A stretch of DNA of 64,000 bases. Source: a virus. The position numbers and the translations under genes are program-made. The stretch is from the IMG/VR virus record IMGVR_UViG_3300035670_000099, positions 29,612 to 93,611 of that record. One strand, given 5' to 3'. Below, piece after piece: positions 38,501 through 51,800 of this stretch (position 1 is its first letter; each line of letters opens with the position of its first letter). The notes beneath the pieces were generated by a model. It was not told the origin of the DNA, did not search any database, and saw only the letters and a list, made by a program, of their open reading frames with translations.

Positions 38501-38611
38501 GAATTTAACCAGTATTTTGGTGTTAACACATTGCCAGTACTGTAAGTAGTTGGGAACAGCAGATAACCTCAATAGTTTACTCACGTCAAAGTAAATCCAG
38601 TAAGCAAAATT

Positions 38612-39190
38612 ATGATTAAAAATGATAAGTGGATTCTAGAGGAATGTAAAAAAGGGATGATTCAACCATATGAAACACAACTTGTTAAATACAACAATGG
38701 CAAGCGAATTAGTTATGGATTATCTTCTTATGGTTATGATATTAGTTTGTCTGACACAGAATTCTGGGTGTTTAGAAATGATAACAATACTGTTGTCAAC
38801 CCCAAGAATTTTATTAGAACAAATCTAGAATCTGTGCCTTTGCAAAAAGATGAATATGGAGAGTTTTTTGTAATTCCAGCCCACTCTTATGGATTGGGAG
38901 TTGCACTAGAGAAAATTACAATGCCTGACAATGTAACTGCTGTTTGTGTTGGTAAAAGCACTTATGCCAGAGTTGGATTGATTGCTAACATCACTCCTGT
39001 TGAAGCTGGATGGAGTGGACATTTAACATTAGAATTTAGCAATTCCTCCGGTGCTGACTGCCGAATTTATGCAAATGAGGGAATAGCACAATTACTGTTT
39101 TTTGAAGGTGAGACTTGCTCTACAAGCTATAGCCAAAGACAAGGCAAGTATCAAGATCAACCTGAGAAAGTGGTATTCGCTAAAGTCTAA
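38612..39190 (+). CDS. dcd: dCTP deaminase
   Basis: ISYGLSSYGYD, GKSTYARVG, TPVEAGWSGHLTLEFSN, YANEGIAQLLF, GKYQ. Confidence 0.95.
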   Translation: MIKNDKWILEECKKGMIQPYETQLVKYNNGKRISYGLSSYGYDISLSDTEFWVFRNDNNTVVNPKNFIRTNLESVPLQKDEYGEFFVIPAHSYGLGVALEKITMPDNVTAVCVGKSTYARVGLIANITPVEAGWSGHLTLEFSNSSGADCRIYANEGIAQLLFFEGETCSTSYSQRQGKYQDQPEKVVFAKV

Positions 39191-39837
39191 GATTGTTGGA
39201 TTACATTCTCTATAAGAGCAGCAATCTCCGCTGCTCTTTTAACTTGTGGACATTTAATAATATGACAACATACTCTTTCTAATAACAAGAATCCAACATA
39301 CTTGCCTTCAATTAAGTAAAACATATAGCTATAAGTCTTCCTCGACTCTAACCATGTTTGGCACACCTTGCCATTTTTGACATTAGAAAACACATATTTA
39401 TCACCAGATTCTAATAAAAAATTAACTTGCAATGATACGTAAGAATAAATACATTTATTGTCTAAAACTTGCATTTTCTTTGTTTTAGAACATACTTCTA
39501 TCCAGGTGGAAAAGCTATCTGCAAATATGCCTTTATCAGTCCTCTTTGTCTGATCCAAAAAGAATAATGTAACTCTATTAAATCCTGTACTTATTAACTC
39601 TTGTAGATATGATTTAATGTATTCCTCCTCTTTAGTAGTAAAGGATGGTGTATTTAATGTGTTCATGGAATTTATTCTGTCACTTAATGTTTTTACACTT
39701 TTCTTAATCAAGTAAATTATCCATGCACTTATTAAAGAAAATAAGATAGGAAATGCGTCTATAATCAATTGAGACGCGACAGATGACACTAAAGATAAAT
39801 CGTTATTTTGAGAAGGAACTTCTTTGTATTCAGCCAT
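39187..39837 (-). CDS. Single-TM protein with GAF-like soluble domain, candidate T4 gpT-type holin
   Basis: One TM (FPILFSLISAWIIYLI), 216 aa, C-terminal alpha/beta pattern (...YVGFLLLE); preceded by TGGCAAC. Confidence 0.45.
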   Translation of the reverse strand: MAEYKEVPSQNNDLSLVSSVASQLIIDAFPILFSLISAWIIYLIKKSVKTLSDRINSMNTLNTPSFTTKEEEYIKSYLQELISTGFNRVTLFFLDQTKRTDKGIFADSFSTWIEVCSKTKKMQVLDNKCIYSYVSLQVNFLLESGDKYVFSNVKNGKVCQTWLESRKTYSYMFYLIEGKYVGFLLLERVCCHIIKCPQVKRAAEIAALIENVIQQS

Positions 39838-39868
39838 TTTTTTGCTCCCTAGCTGCTCTTAAATAAAA

Positions 39869-39875
39869 GTTGCCA
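39869..39875 (-). promoter_or_regulatory. Putative late promoter element TGGCAAC
   Basis: 38 nt upstream of ATG 39837. Confidence 0.45.
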
Positions 39876-39877
39876 AT

Positions 39878-42800
39878 CTATCTTTTAAGTATTCCACCCT
39901 GTCTTTGTTGACGTTGTATTTCTACTATTACTGCTGTTTTAATAGCATTCTGCATCGCATTTGGATCTATAGACGGTGATTTGTCACCATCTTGACTTTC
40001 AATCGTTATAGGCACATTTACAGTTGTATTTGTTGTTGGTTGATTAATATTTCCTATTCCAGGAGATGGGGGAATAACTCCACCACTTGCAAAGTTCATT
40101 ATGTTTCTTACTTTTAATTCGCTATTGCTTACGTTACCTCCCATGGCGTAATTCATTACAGATTCAATATTGTTGTTTTTAATTACTTTATCTAATCCCA
40201 TCGACTGGAACTTAGCATTGTCAGCAACACTCAACACTCTTTCTCCTGGCGTTAATACTGCTACTACTGGTGTTATTCCTCCATTTGCAGCTTTTTCTCT
40301 GACAATCGCTTCATTTAATGATTGAATTATGCCTCCACCAGCATAGTTCTTGATTACTCCTCCTTTGTATTGGCTGAATACTTCGCCTCCATCGTTGGCA
40401 CTTGGAACTTCGCCGCCGCTATTTCCTCCAAATATTCCTCCAATTGATTTGAATAGTGAATCAAGAATCCCTCCTGCTCCTACTAATGACTGCATTAATG
40501 ATTTGATAGCTATGTTAATGAGTCCGCTCAGCATGTTTCTAGCTAGGTTGTTTAAGACATCGTCTAGTTTTTCAACACCCATTATTACGTCTGTAAGCCC
40601 AGCTGATAAATCATTGATTAAACTATTTCTTATTAAATCTCTTATAGAAGCTACTACACTTTTGGCTGAATTTTCAATTTCTTTAATTTCTGCATCACGT
40701 TTTGCTTTAGCTTCTTCTTTTTTTTCTTTTTTTTGTTGATCGTCAAGATTTGGATCATTTTCTATATCTTCTTTTTCTTTTTCATATTCTTTTTCTTTTT
40801 GCTTTATTTTTATATCTCTTTCTTGAGCGTTAGCAACAAATTCGTTACCTCCTGAATTTCTGTAATTTTGTATTGTAAGTAATTTAGTTTGTATTTTTGA
40901 CTCTTCAAAACGTTTTGTTTGTTCGTAATCTAAATTTTCTTTTTGTATCTTTGCCAGTCCCTCTACTGCTCTTGTTAAACGATCTTTTTCTTCTTGTGGT
41001 AAAACAGCTGTTTGAATTTTTTCTTTTAAATCAAGTACTCTTAAATCAATATTTAATTTTTCAATAGTTTGATCTTTACCAAAAGCTTCAGCTTCAAGTA
41101 TTTTTAAATTTGTTTTATCTTTATTTGTTTGAATTTCATTTAATGTTGTTTCAATAATTGCCTGTGTATTGTTATTTTGTTTTTGTTTATCACGAATACT
41201 TTCGGCTTTTTTAACTTCTTCTGCTATCTTGTCTTGAGTTAGCCCAGAAGTACTCAAACTAACTTTGATTTTTTCTTGTAAAAATTGAATTTCAGCTTGC
41301 TGATCATTAATTTTTCGTTTTAATGCTGTAATATCATTTAAGGTAGTTAAAATTTTATCTTGTTTTTCTGGGTCTTGTTTAATTGATTCTAATTCTTTTT
41401 CTTTTTGATTTAATGAGCGTTGATAGCTTTCTAATGCTCTTTCAAGTTCCTGTTTTTGCTTTTCATCAGGAGTAACTTTTCTATTTTGTGACACATTTTG
41501 ATTAACTCGTATTCTAGCTTGATCTAATTTTTTTTGTAATTCAGGAAGTTTGCTATTAATAATATTTAACCTTTCTTGAGCTTTTGATTTTGACGATTGT
41601 AAAGCATCGTTCATTTCTTTTATTAAATTACTACCGTCATTTCTTGAAATAAGTCCTTCTTTAACTTGACCTTCTATAGTTTTTCTGTATCTTTCAAAAA
41701 TTGCATCAATTGATTTTAATGCGCTAAATAAATTTGTTTTTTCAGTAGTTAATTTTTTAACAGATTCTTTAGCAGAATCAAGATCTGATTTACTTTGTTC
41801 AATTATTGATTGTGATTCAAATGATGTATTATTATTTATGATTTTATCTAAATCTTGCGTAATTTTGTCTATTTCTGATTGCTTATTTGTAATTGAATCT
41901 TCTTGTAAAATATTATCTTTTATTTTTTTTATTTGATCTTCAAGATTCTGTCTCAATAATCTAGCATCTTCCAATTGCTGTTTTTTTCTTTCAGCGTCTA
42001 AAGCTTGTTGTTGTTGAGTAACTAAATCTTGCGAAATATTTAAAGGTTGATTTGAAACAGGTATTTTTATCGTTGAATTTGTAGATACAGATGTTAATCC
42101 TGGCATTGAACCCTGGAATCCTGTTGTTGGATTTGAATGTGAACACAAACATTTTGTTGCTGAATCTAAAATAGATATTATTTTTGTTACTAAAATTAAA
42201 AGTGGATCTCCTGTTGCTGTTGTATTTGAAACAGGTATTGCACTTGCTGTATTTGCAGGTATTGTTATTGCTGTATTTGAAACAGGTATTGCACTTGCTG
42301 TATTTGCAGGTGTTGTTATTGCTGTATTTGAAACAGGTATTGCACTTGCTGTATTTGCAGGTGTACCTGTTCCTTGCAATATTTTAACTATGTCTAAAAC
42401 AAGCTTTTTCGCTTCAATCTGAGAATTATTTAAAAATCTATTTGCATACTTTTTCTCATCTTCTGTTATTATTGCATTTAAAGGGGTTTTTGTTTTATCT
42501 GAAGGTACAGGTTTTCTTGTTTTTTGTGTTTTATTTGGAGGAGCAAAAACATCATCTAAAGATTCATCAAAAAGATAACTTAAAAAATTAAATACTTCTT
42601 TTTCTGTTATTTTTGTATCTAAAACAGGTTTTGTTTTTTGTGTTTTATTTGGAGGAGCAAAAAAATCATCTAAAGATTTATCATAAAGATAACTTAAAAA
42701 ATTAAATGCTTCTTTTTCTGTTATTAATCCTATTTTTTTCAAATTATCAATTATTGGAGGAGTAAGAGTAACAGAGTTTGTTGGAAGCACAAGTTCTTGT

Positions 42801-45800
42801 TTTGATGTTAATCCTGCTTTTTGCAATTCATTTCCTAATTTAAGAATTGATTGAGAATCGAGGCTATTTACAGAACGTAAATTTAATTTTCTTAAAGTTG
42901 GAACTATTTGTTTTGAATGCTGAGGAATCCGATTACTTTCTTGTTTATTTAAAAAATAATTTTCAAGAATATTTAATGGAGTTCCAACTACATCACCAAT
43001 TACGCCACCAATTACAGGTATTCTAGATCCAAAATTTTTAGCGTGGTCTCCAAAATTTAATTTTTCTCTTTCTTCATTTCTTTTTTTAACTGCTTCTAAA
43101 GTAAAATGCCTTTTTTCTTTTTCAGGCATGCCATAATTAGTAGTTTTTGCATTATTATATTTAGGATTATTTAAGAAATCAACTATTTGATTATAACTTG
43201 ATCTTTGTATTACATTTAAAAATATCTGTTCAACATTTGGATTTATTGGTGAACTTCTGTAATTAGAAATATTTCTAAGCCTATTATACATAGCCTCTTC
43301 TGTTTTTAGGCGCTCTTCTAAAGTCGGATTATCATCATGAGGAATTGCTTGATATCTTAATGGCTTAGATTTAGGTTTGAGAAAACCAAGTGCTATTTCG
43401 TTTTCGTTATTTTTTCTAAAATTTATGTAATCTTTAGGATTTAAACGATTTGAAGAATTAAAAGACGAAGAAGTATTACCACGTTCATATCCAATTAAAT
43501 TCAAAGAAGCTGAAGCTATTTTTACTCCTTGATTAAATCCTGTGTTATTATTAGCAATTTGAATAGAAGAAGGATTGGAAACATGACTAGGTCTTATTGA
43601 AGGTAAAATATTTCCAGGCAAATTATTATTAGGAGTGTTTTGCCTATTCGATTGAACAGAGATAGTAACTATTTTGCTAGATCCAATGTTTGATAAATAA
43701 TTTTTTATTAAAGCAAATTTATAAACACTGTCACTTAAATTTCTGTTTAAAGATAATACACCCGATCCTAATCGATTCATTGATTTTCCTGTTTTATCAA
43801 CTGATTCTTCAATATAAGATACTTGTTTATTGGTAAATTTCATCTCTTTTCTAAGTCTTTCTAATTCTTTGAATGATTCTTCAAATAATTTTTTAAAAGT
43901 AGCAGTAGATTGTTGAGCAAAATTTTTAATAGCATTTACATTTTCATTTGCTGATTTACCTAATAATTGAATAGCTTCGCTAAGTTTACGTTTATCTTCA
44001 ATGTCTTTGCGAGCATCTTCTAAAGCTTTTTGCTCTTGTTGTATTTTTTCTAAAGCTAATTCATTTATTTCAGTAATAAATTCTGAGACAACTTGTGCTA
44101 ATTGTGTTAATTCATTGTCTCCCATTCCTTTAAGTAATAATTTTAATGTTTTACCAGAGAACCTATTGTTAAGCTCTATTACTGCTTTTCTTAATTCAAA
44201 TCTTGCATCTTCAATTTGTTTTTGTACAGCTAGATTATAATCTTCTATTTGTTTTTTAGCGTCTTTAATTTTGTTTCTTAAATCTAAATTAGCTTTGCTG
44301 ATATCAACAGATGCTTTTGATCTATCAACTTTTGCTTTATTTATTTCTTTCTGTAATTCTTCTATCCTTTCTTTGTCTGACTCTCCTAGCTCAGACGAAG
44401 GTATTGAATTTAATAAATTTAAGGCTTGTGTTTTAGTTTTTATTTCATTATCAATAGCATCAAAAGTTTTATTTAGTTGATTTATTTTTAAATTCAACAA
44501 TTGAATATCAGCATCAGATTGAGATATAGTACCTTTATCTAAATTTTTGTAAATTTCTGCTTCTTTTTCATTAGATTCTATTTCAAGCTCTTGAAGATAT
44601 TCATCATAAGCTTTTGTAAATTTATTTAAATTACTAACAATTTTTGTGTATCTAGATTCAATCTCTGGTATAGCTCCTTTAGGTAAAAGATCTTTGTATT
44701 GTTTAGAAAAAGTATCAATTTTTTTTATTAACTCATCAAAAAAGCTACCAACCTTAAATCCTGGAAAAAGCTTTTCCGCTAGTTCCTTTTGTTTTATTAA
44801 AGTTTCTTTAACATTTTCTAATTCTTTGTATTTAGAACTATATCTTGATATAATAGATTGTTTTTCCTTTTCAATATTTGAATACTCTTTATCTATTCGG
44901 TCTATTTCTTTTTCATCATTTGATTCAAATGCTTTTTGTCTTTTCTCGCTTAATTCTTTTTGTTTATTTATTAATTTATTTATTTTTGTTTTATCTTGAG
45001 AAAAGTTTGAATCTTTATCTTGATTGTATTTCTTTAACTCTTTAATATTATCTTCAACTTCTTTGAAAAGATCTTTCTCAATACTATCTTTTAACTCAAG
45101 CATGTTATTTAAAAACATTTTTACTGATTCAAGAGCATCATAATCAGTATCGCGTACAATTGTTCCATACATTCCAAGTTCTTTTGCTATTTTTATTTGG
45201 TTCTTAGTATAAACTTTAGGTTTGTTTTCATCATTAGCTCCTATGTCAACTTGACGTTTAAAACTACCATATCCTTTGTCAAACCAAGTAAGGGGCTGAT
45301 AAGTAGAGCCTAAGTTTCCTCTTTCAACTTGTTCGTCATAATAGTCTTTAAGCTGCTCTGGACTCATTTTCCCTGATTTTACTAAATGAGCAGCGTAATT
45401 TATACGCTTTCTACGTTCATCTTCTACGTACGATTCTTCTTCTCCTTGAACTCCAATTACAACAAATGGATTTAATTGAAAGCCTTTACTAGGAATTGAT
45501 TGATAAGCAGAAAAGTTTGGTTTATTTCCTTTTGTTTTTTTAAGCTCATTATTAAAATCACGAAAAGCATTTGCAGCATTTTCAATACTTTTTGATATAT
45601 CATTAAATCCTTCTTTAAAAGGAACAGAAAAATCAGCTGCAGATAAAAATAAAGTACCAAAAGTAATTGCTAATGATGCTGCTCCTTTCGCTAAAGATCC
45701 AATTGAAATTTTAATTTTTTTAATAGATGTTAATCCAATTGTAATGAAAGTACTAAAAAAAGCAGATCCTAATTTTATTACAGCAGGAATTGCTTGGCTT

Positions 45801-48800
45801 AAAATAATAGATGCCATTTTAGATAAAAACTGTATTATTGTGTGAACAGCAGTTACTGTAAATATTCCTTTAAAAGCACCACCTAAAAAGCTAAATACTG
45901 GACTTATAGATTTAGCAAATTCTTTAAAAGTATTTAAAACAGGCTTTAAAGAAATACTTAAATATTCACTAATAAAACTAAAAGCATTTGTAATGATTTT
46001 AAGTGGATTTCGTCCACCAAAAAATTCATTTAATCCATTATGAAAAGCTGCACCTGAAGCTATTCCAATGATTTTAAATGTAGATGGAAAACTTGTTTGA
46101 AGAACTGCTATCACCCCTTTTAAAGAAGTAGACGCTGCTAAAGAAGCAGTGATTCCTGAAAAAATAGCAGGAGCGATTAATAAAGCAATTCCAGCAATTG
46201 CTATACTAAGTATAATAGCTGCGGAAGTGACTCCTTTTATAGCATTTGTAAGAATAGAGAAGCTGTCAGCAATATTAATAATTGCTTTAGGTATTATTCC
46301 AATCAATAATTCAAAAGAATCAATAATATGTAGTACTGCTTCAGTTCCAATGTTTTGCAGTTTTGTCAATGTTATTGCCAACCCACTTGCATTTTGCGCT
46401 GAGCCTTCGTATCTAGCTCTTAATATTTTGCCAACATTAGGTAATATATCAGCAGAAAGAATAGCACCTTGGCTTGTTAAATCAATTAACTCAGGAATTG
46501 TTTTGCCTATAGCCTGAGCAAAAATTTCCATCGCTGGAGGGAATTTTTCTCCTAATTGCTGTCTTAATTCTTCCATAGATAACTTACCTTTCGCCAATAT
46601 TTGAGTATAAGCAAGTAATATGTAAGTTACGTCTTTTCCTGTGATACCTAATGCATTTATGGATGAAGCAATTCCTTTATATAAATCTTGAATACCTTGC
46701 CCTTCTAGTTTTGTATTTTGCGCAGCTGCAAGTAATTGTCCATAAGCTTCTAATCCATCTGATATCGATACGTTGTATTGCTTAGATGCGTTAATTGCAA
46801 AATCAATTTCTTTTCCGCTTTTTGCTTCTCCTACAATAGAATTAATTTTTCTCAACGAAGGCTCTAATTTTATTATTTCTTCTCCAAGAGCAATTATTTT
46901 ATCAGTCAAGATAGACATAAAATCAGAAATATTGTAAAAAACATTAGTTAATGGGGAGAAAGTATCATCAATAGTATTTCCTAATTCTATTAAAGGAGAA
47001 ATTGCATTATGAAATTCTTCTCCAGCAATTTTAGCTAATCCATTAATTTCAGTAAGTTTGTTAATACCTTCAGATAATTTTTCTGGATCTGGTAAACTAG
47101 CTTCTTTTATGTCATCTACTATCTCTGAATGAACACTTGCATCAGGAGCTGAAATAGCTTGAAATTCTGTATAATCTTCAGTCGTTACTAAATTTATTTT
47201 AGTTTCTTCGCTTTCAATAGGATCTGTATACTGCTCTATTTCAACTTGTCCACCTTCTAATAAGATTTTAAAATTCCTAAGCTTTATTTCTTTTTCTTCT
47301 TCTGATAAATCAGGATGCTCAATAATTGCTTTAATTTCTTTTCTTATATTTTGCTGTGTATATTGACTAAATTCTGCTTTAATATCAAATTTTTGTTCTT
47401 TTTTAATTTTTTTATCTAATTCTTTTTCTAATTTATTTTTTTGATTTTTTAATTCTTCAATTTTCTTTTTCGCTTTATTTTCTTCTTTTGTTATTTCATT
47501 GTTCAATGCTTCACTTCTCGCTCTTAACGATTGAATCATTTCTGCACTAGCTTTTTGATCTGAGCCTTGTATAATATCTTTTTCGTAATCACTCAAATCT
47601 TTTAATTTTAATGCTGCTTCTTTTCTTTTGTCAATTAATTCTTCTTCTGTATTTTTAATTGCATTTACTTTATCTTGTATATTATCAAGTTCTTTTCCAT
47701 ATGTTTCACTTAATTTTGCAAATTTATCTATTCTTGATGCGTTTTGGTAATCTTTTTCTGCTTGCATTGCTTCTTTTTCTGCTTGTTTTATTTCTTCTTC
47801 TAATCTTGCAATTGATGCTTTATTCTCTTTTATTTGTTCTTCATATTTTTGCTTTTGCTCTTTGCCTATTTTACCTTTTTGTCTGTTTGTACGTTCATTT
47901 TGAAGACTTTTAAGTTCTGCCTGTGTTTGTTTAATCTCTTTGTCGTCGCGAGTTTTTTGTTCTTTTGTATATCCTCTACGACGTTCGTCAAAATCAAGGC
48001 GATTCATTTTTTCAACCAATTTATCTCTTTTTTCCTGTATTTCTTTTCTTTCTTCAATGTCTTCAGGTAATGTACGTCCAAACTCTTCTTCTAGTATTCG
48101 GTCTTCATCCTCAAGTTTCTTAATTTCATTATTAATAAATTCATCAAAATTTTTATTTTTTATTTTTTTATTTTCTTTTAATTCTCGAAGTTTGTTTATA
48201 AGATTTTCTATATTTTCGTCTAATTCTTTTTCTTCTTTTACTGTGAAATTTCTTTCGTTTTTTGCGTTTACTTTTTTTATTTCTTCTTCAATGTTATCAA
48301 GCTCTGCTTCTAAATTCTCTATTAATTTTATCTTTTCTTTAAGGTTTTCTATTTTAGCAGTGTCTGGATCAAAAGAAGATTCTTCAAATTCTAAAAGCTC
48401 TCTAAGCTCTGCTTTGTTTCCAGTACTTAATTCTAAATGAAGTTTTTTTTCTGTTTCTTTTCTTTCTTTCTCATATCCTTCGAGTTCTTTTTTATATCCT
48501 CTTCTTTCTTTGCTTGTTACATCTGTTTTTAAAAATTCTAATTGTTCATTTTTTCTTTTTAAATCTATTATTTTGTCTTCATTTTCTGCTTTTATAGATT
48601 CTTTTTCGTCTTTTTTTGATTCTTTTTTTCTTTCCAATGCTTCTGTATCATTAAATCTTATTTGATTTTGTTTTTTTAAAATTTCTTTATTAACTCTTTC
48701 ATTCATGCTATTAAGTTCTGCTTCTTTCTTTGCTATTTCTTTATCTAATCGTTCAAGTTCTTTTTTCTTGGATTCCTCCGCAGTAGTTTCATTTTTTTTA

Positions 48801-51800
48801 AGTGCCGTTATTTCTTTATCTAATCTCAATAATTCTTTTTTTGATTCTAATTCTTTTTGTTTTATCTGTTTATTTATTTTTTCAATTTTAGCAGTTTTAT
48901 CTTTTTCTGAAATAGATAATTGTTTTTGTTCTTCTAATTTTTGTATTTCTTTTTCAACTTCTAGTGATTTTTCCCTTATTTTTTGATTTATACTTTGAAT
49001 TCTTTCTTTTTTGTCTTCTTCATTTAATTTTTTATTTGCTGAAATTTCTCTTCTTTCTTTTTCTAAATCACTAATTGGTTGTCTTGCTATTTTTTTCTGA
49101 TTTTCAATTTCTCTATCTCTTTCTTTTTTTTTCACTTCACTAAAAACAGTAAGTCCTTCAATTCTTGCTTTTTCTTCATTAAGTTTTGATACTGCTTTTT
49201 CAGTTTCTTTTATTTTTTTATTTTTTGAAGCTTGTTTTTCTAAAACAGCAGATGATGTATCATGACTAATGCTTTCTACTCTAATTTTTTCTTCTCTTAA
49301 ACCTGTTAACTCTGATTCAAGTTCTCCTTGCTTTTCTAATCGCTTATCTTCTAATTTCTTTATTTCTTCTCTAATTTCTGCCACTTTTTCGCCTGTTTCT
49401 TTAGCTTTCTTTATAATAATAGAAGGATTAATAGTATTTAAAAAAGCTTTTCCAATAGCATGTGTAACAACCGCTAATTCTGCTACAACCGAATTAGAAT
49501 AAGAGTGAACAACATTATATCCTACATCTCTTAATTCTGTTGATGGAGAAGCTATACCAAATACTTTTTTAATAATTTTTAAAACGCCCTCAAATGCATT
49601 TTTAATAACTTGATTATCTATTGAAGCAATTTGGCTTTCAAAAGTATCTACAATATTTTTACCAATATTTTTGTATGAATCATCAATAACATAATCTATA
49701 GGATTTTGTATTAAATTTTGTTTAATTGCTTTTGGAGTCAATTGAACAGCTTCAGCAATACCAGTTCTTTCACTAGCTAGATTTCTTTTTCCATCCTTAC
49801 CAACTTTTGGGTTGACAGGCGCTGTAGTAACTTGTAGTAAATAATTTGTTCTAGCTCCTGCATCATGAATTCCTGATTTTTCTAATTCTTTAAAATTAAC
49901 TAATTTATCTTTATACATTTTTGCTAATAAATTGTTAAATTCCTTTCTTGAGTATAAAGACATTTTCTCCCTAAGTTCTTTAATGTCTACTAACAATTCA
50001 TCATTGTCTTTATATTTTTTTATTAATGTTTTAAAATAAAAATCAAAATCAGATTGAAATTGTTTATATAATTTATCTAATTCTTCTTGAGAATATATTT
50101 TTTCAAATCTTTTAAGATTTGAAGTAATAGCTGGAATCCAGCTATCTTTACCGTCAAACAAAGCTGTGCCTTTTCCAGCAACAACTATTTCTGGAAGTGG
50201 TTTCATATGAATTGGTTTATGTCCTTCTGATCTTTTTATTTTTGCTGAAAGTTGAAGAAGTATTTTCATCAAACCAATCGAGTTATGATCTTGCTGGCTA
50301 GTTATTACAGAATTACGAGGAGCGTAACCTTTTTTAGCAAAATTAGGATGATTATGTGCCACAGAATAAAATATTTTGTCATTAGATTTTCTTGCAGCTT
50401 CATAAATTTTTAAAAAAAGTTTGTCACTATCAAATTGAACGTACTTTTCACTCCGTTCTTTAGCAATATTAAATTCTTCTATAATTTGTCCTCTAGAATT
50501 CATAATAATACCTATTACATCTTCTAATTTTTCATTTCTAATGTCATCTATTTTTTTACTATTGTAAGGATTTTGTATTTTATCTAAATTTTGTCTAGGA
50601 TTTATAAAATTTAATTTTCCAGCTTTAGAATAATCATCTAATTCTCTTTTCTGATTTTCATCTGTTAATAATTCTTCTCTTAAATGTTTATAAATTTCAA
50701 TATAATCTTCTAACTTTCTAAATTCTCCTAATTCAGGCTTTGCAATATTTAAATCAAATAAATGATCTGGTATATCTTTAATTTCTCCAAATTGTCTAAA
50801 TAAACCCTGAATAATGTTATCAATAATAAGCCGTCCGGCTTTAAATCCATTTTTAATCGAGTCAAAAAATGTTTTTGTAATATTTACTGCTACTTCTATT
50901 ATTTTTTTAGCTGGAGAAGCTATACCAAATACATCTTTAATACCTTGTAAAACTTTCTTAAATTCATCTTTAATAGATTCATCGTCTAATAAAGCAATTT
51001 GGCTTTCAAAAGTATCTACAATATTTTTACCAACATTTTTGTATGAATCATCAATTCCTTCAATAGCAGAAGCTTTAGATTGATTAATTTGCCTACTTTG
51101 CTGCGGAGTTGAAGAGTAAGCAGTCTTATAAGATTCTGATGTAGATTCAAGTTTGTTTTTGACATCAAGTACATTATCTTTTATGTATTTAGATAAAGTT
51201 TTTAGCAATGCAAAAACTTCTGCATCAATATTTAATGATTGAATTTTAGGTAAAATTTCTTTTATTTGTTGTATAAAAGTATCATTTACTTCTTTGTATA
51301 AATTAGTAATTTTTATAAAGTCATCTTGTAAAAACTGTTGATTAGGCGTGCTAGGTATATCAGCATCTTGCATTGATGCGACATTTGCTGTATTTTTAAT
51401 ATAATTATAAATAAAATCTAATCCTTGAGAAGATATTGCTTTATTAGCATCAGAGACATTATTTATTAATTCTTGTTTAAATGTGTCTATAAAACTAGTA
51501 TCAATTTTTTTACCACTATTAGCAATTTTATTAGTAATTGTTTTTTCAATTGCATTTAGCGCTTTATTAATGGATTCATTAATAGTAGCAGGATCAACGC
51601 CTCCTGTTTTTTGTATTGATTCAATGATTTCTTGTTGAATTTTTGTTAACTTTTCTTTATATTTAGTAGCAAGATTTTCAGGTTTTGTCGGATTAATTGA
51701 TTTAGCAATATTTTTAAGATTTAAAGATTGGTTTAATATATCATCTAATCTAGTAGAAGAATTAGTAGTTGGTAGCTTTGATGCAATTTTATTAATTGAA

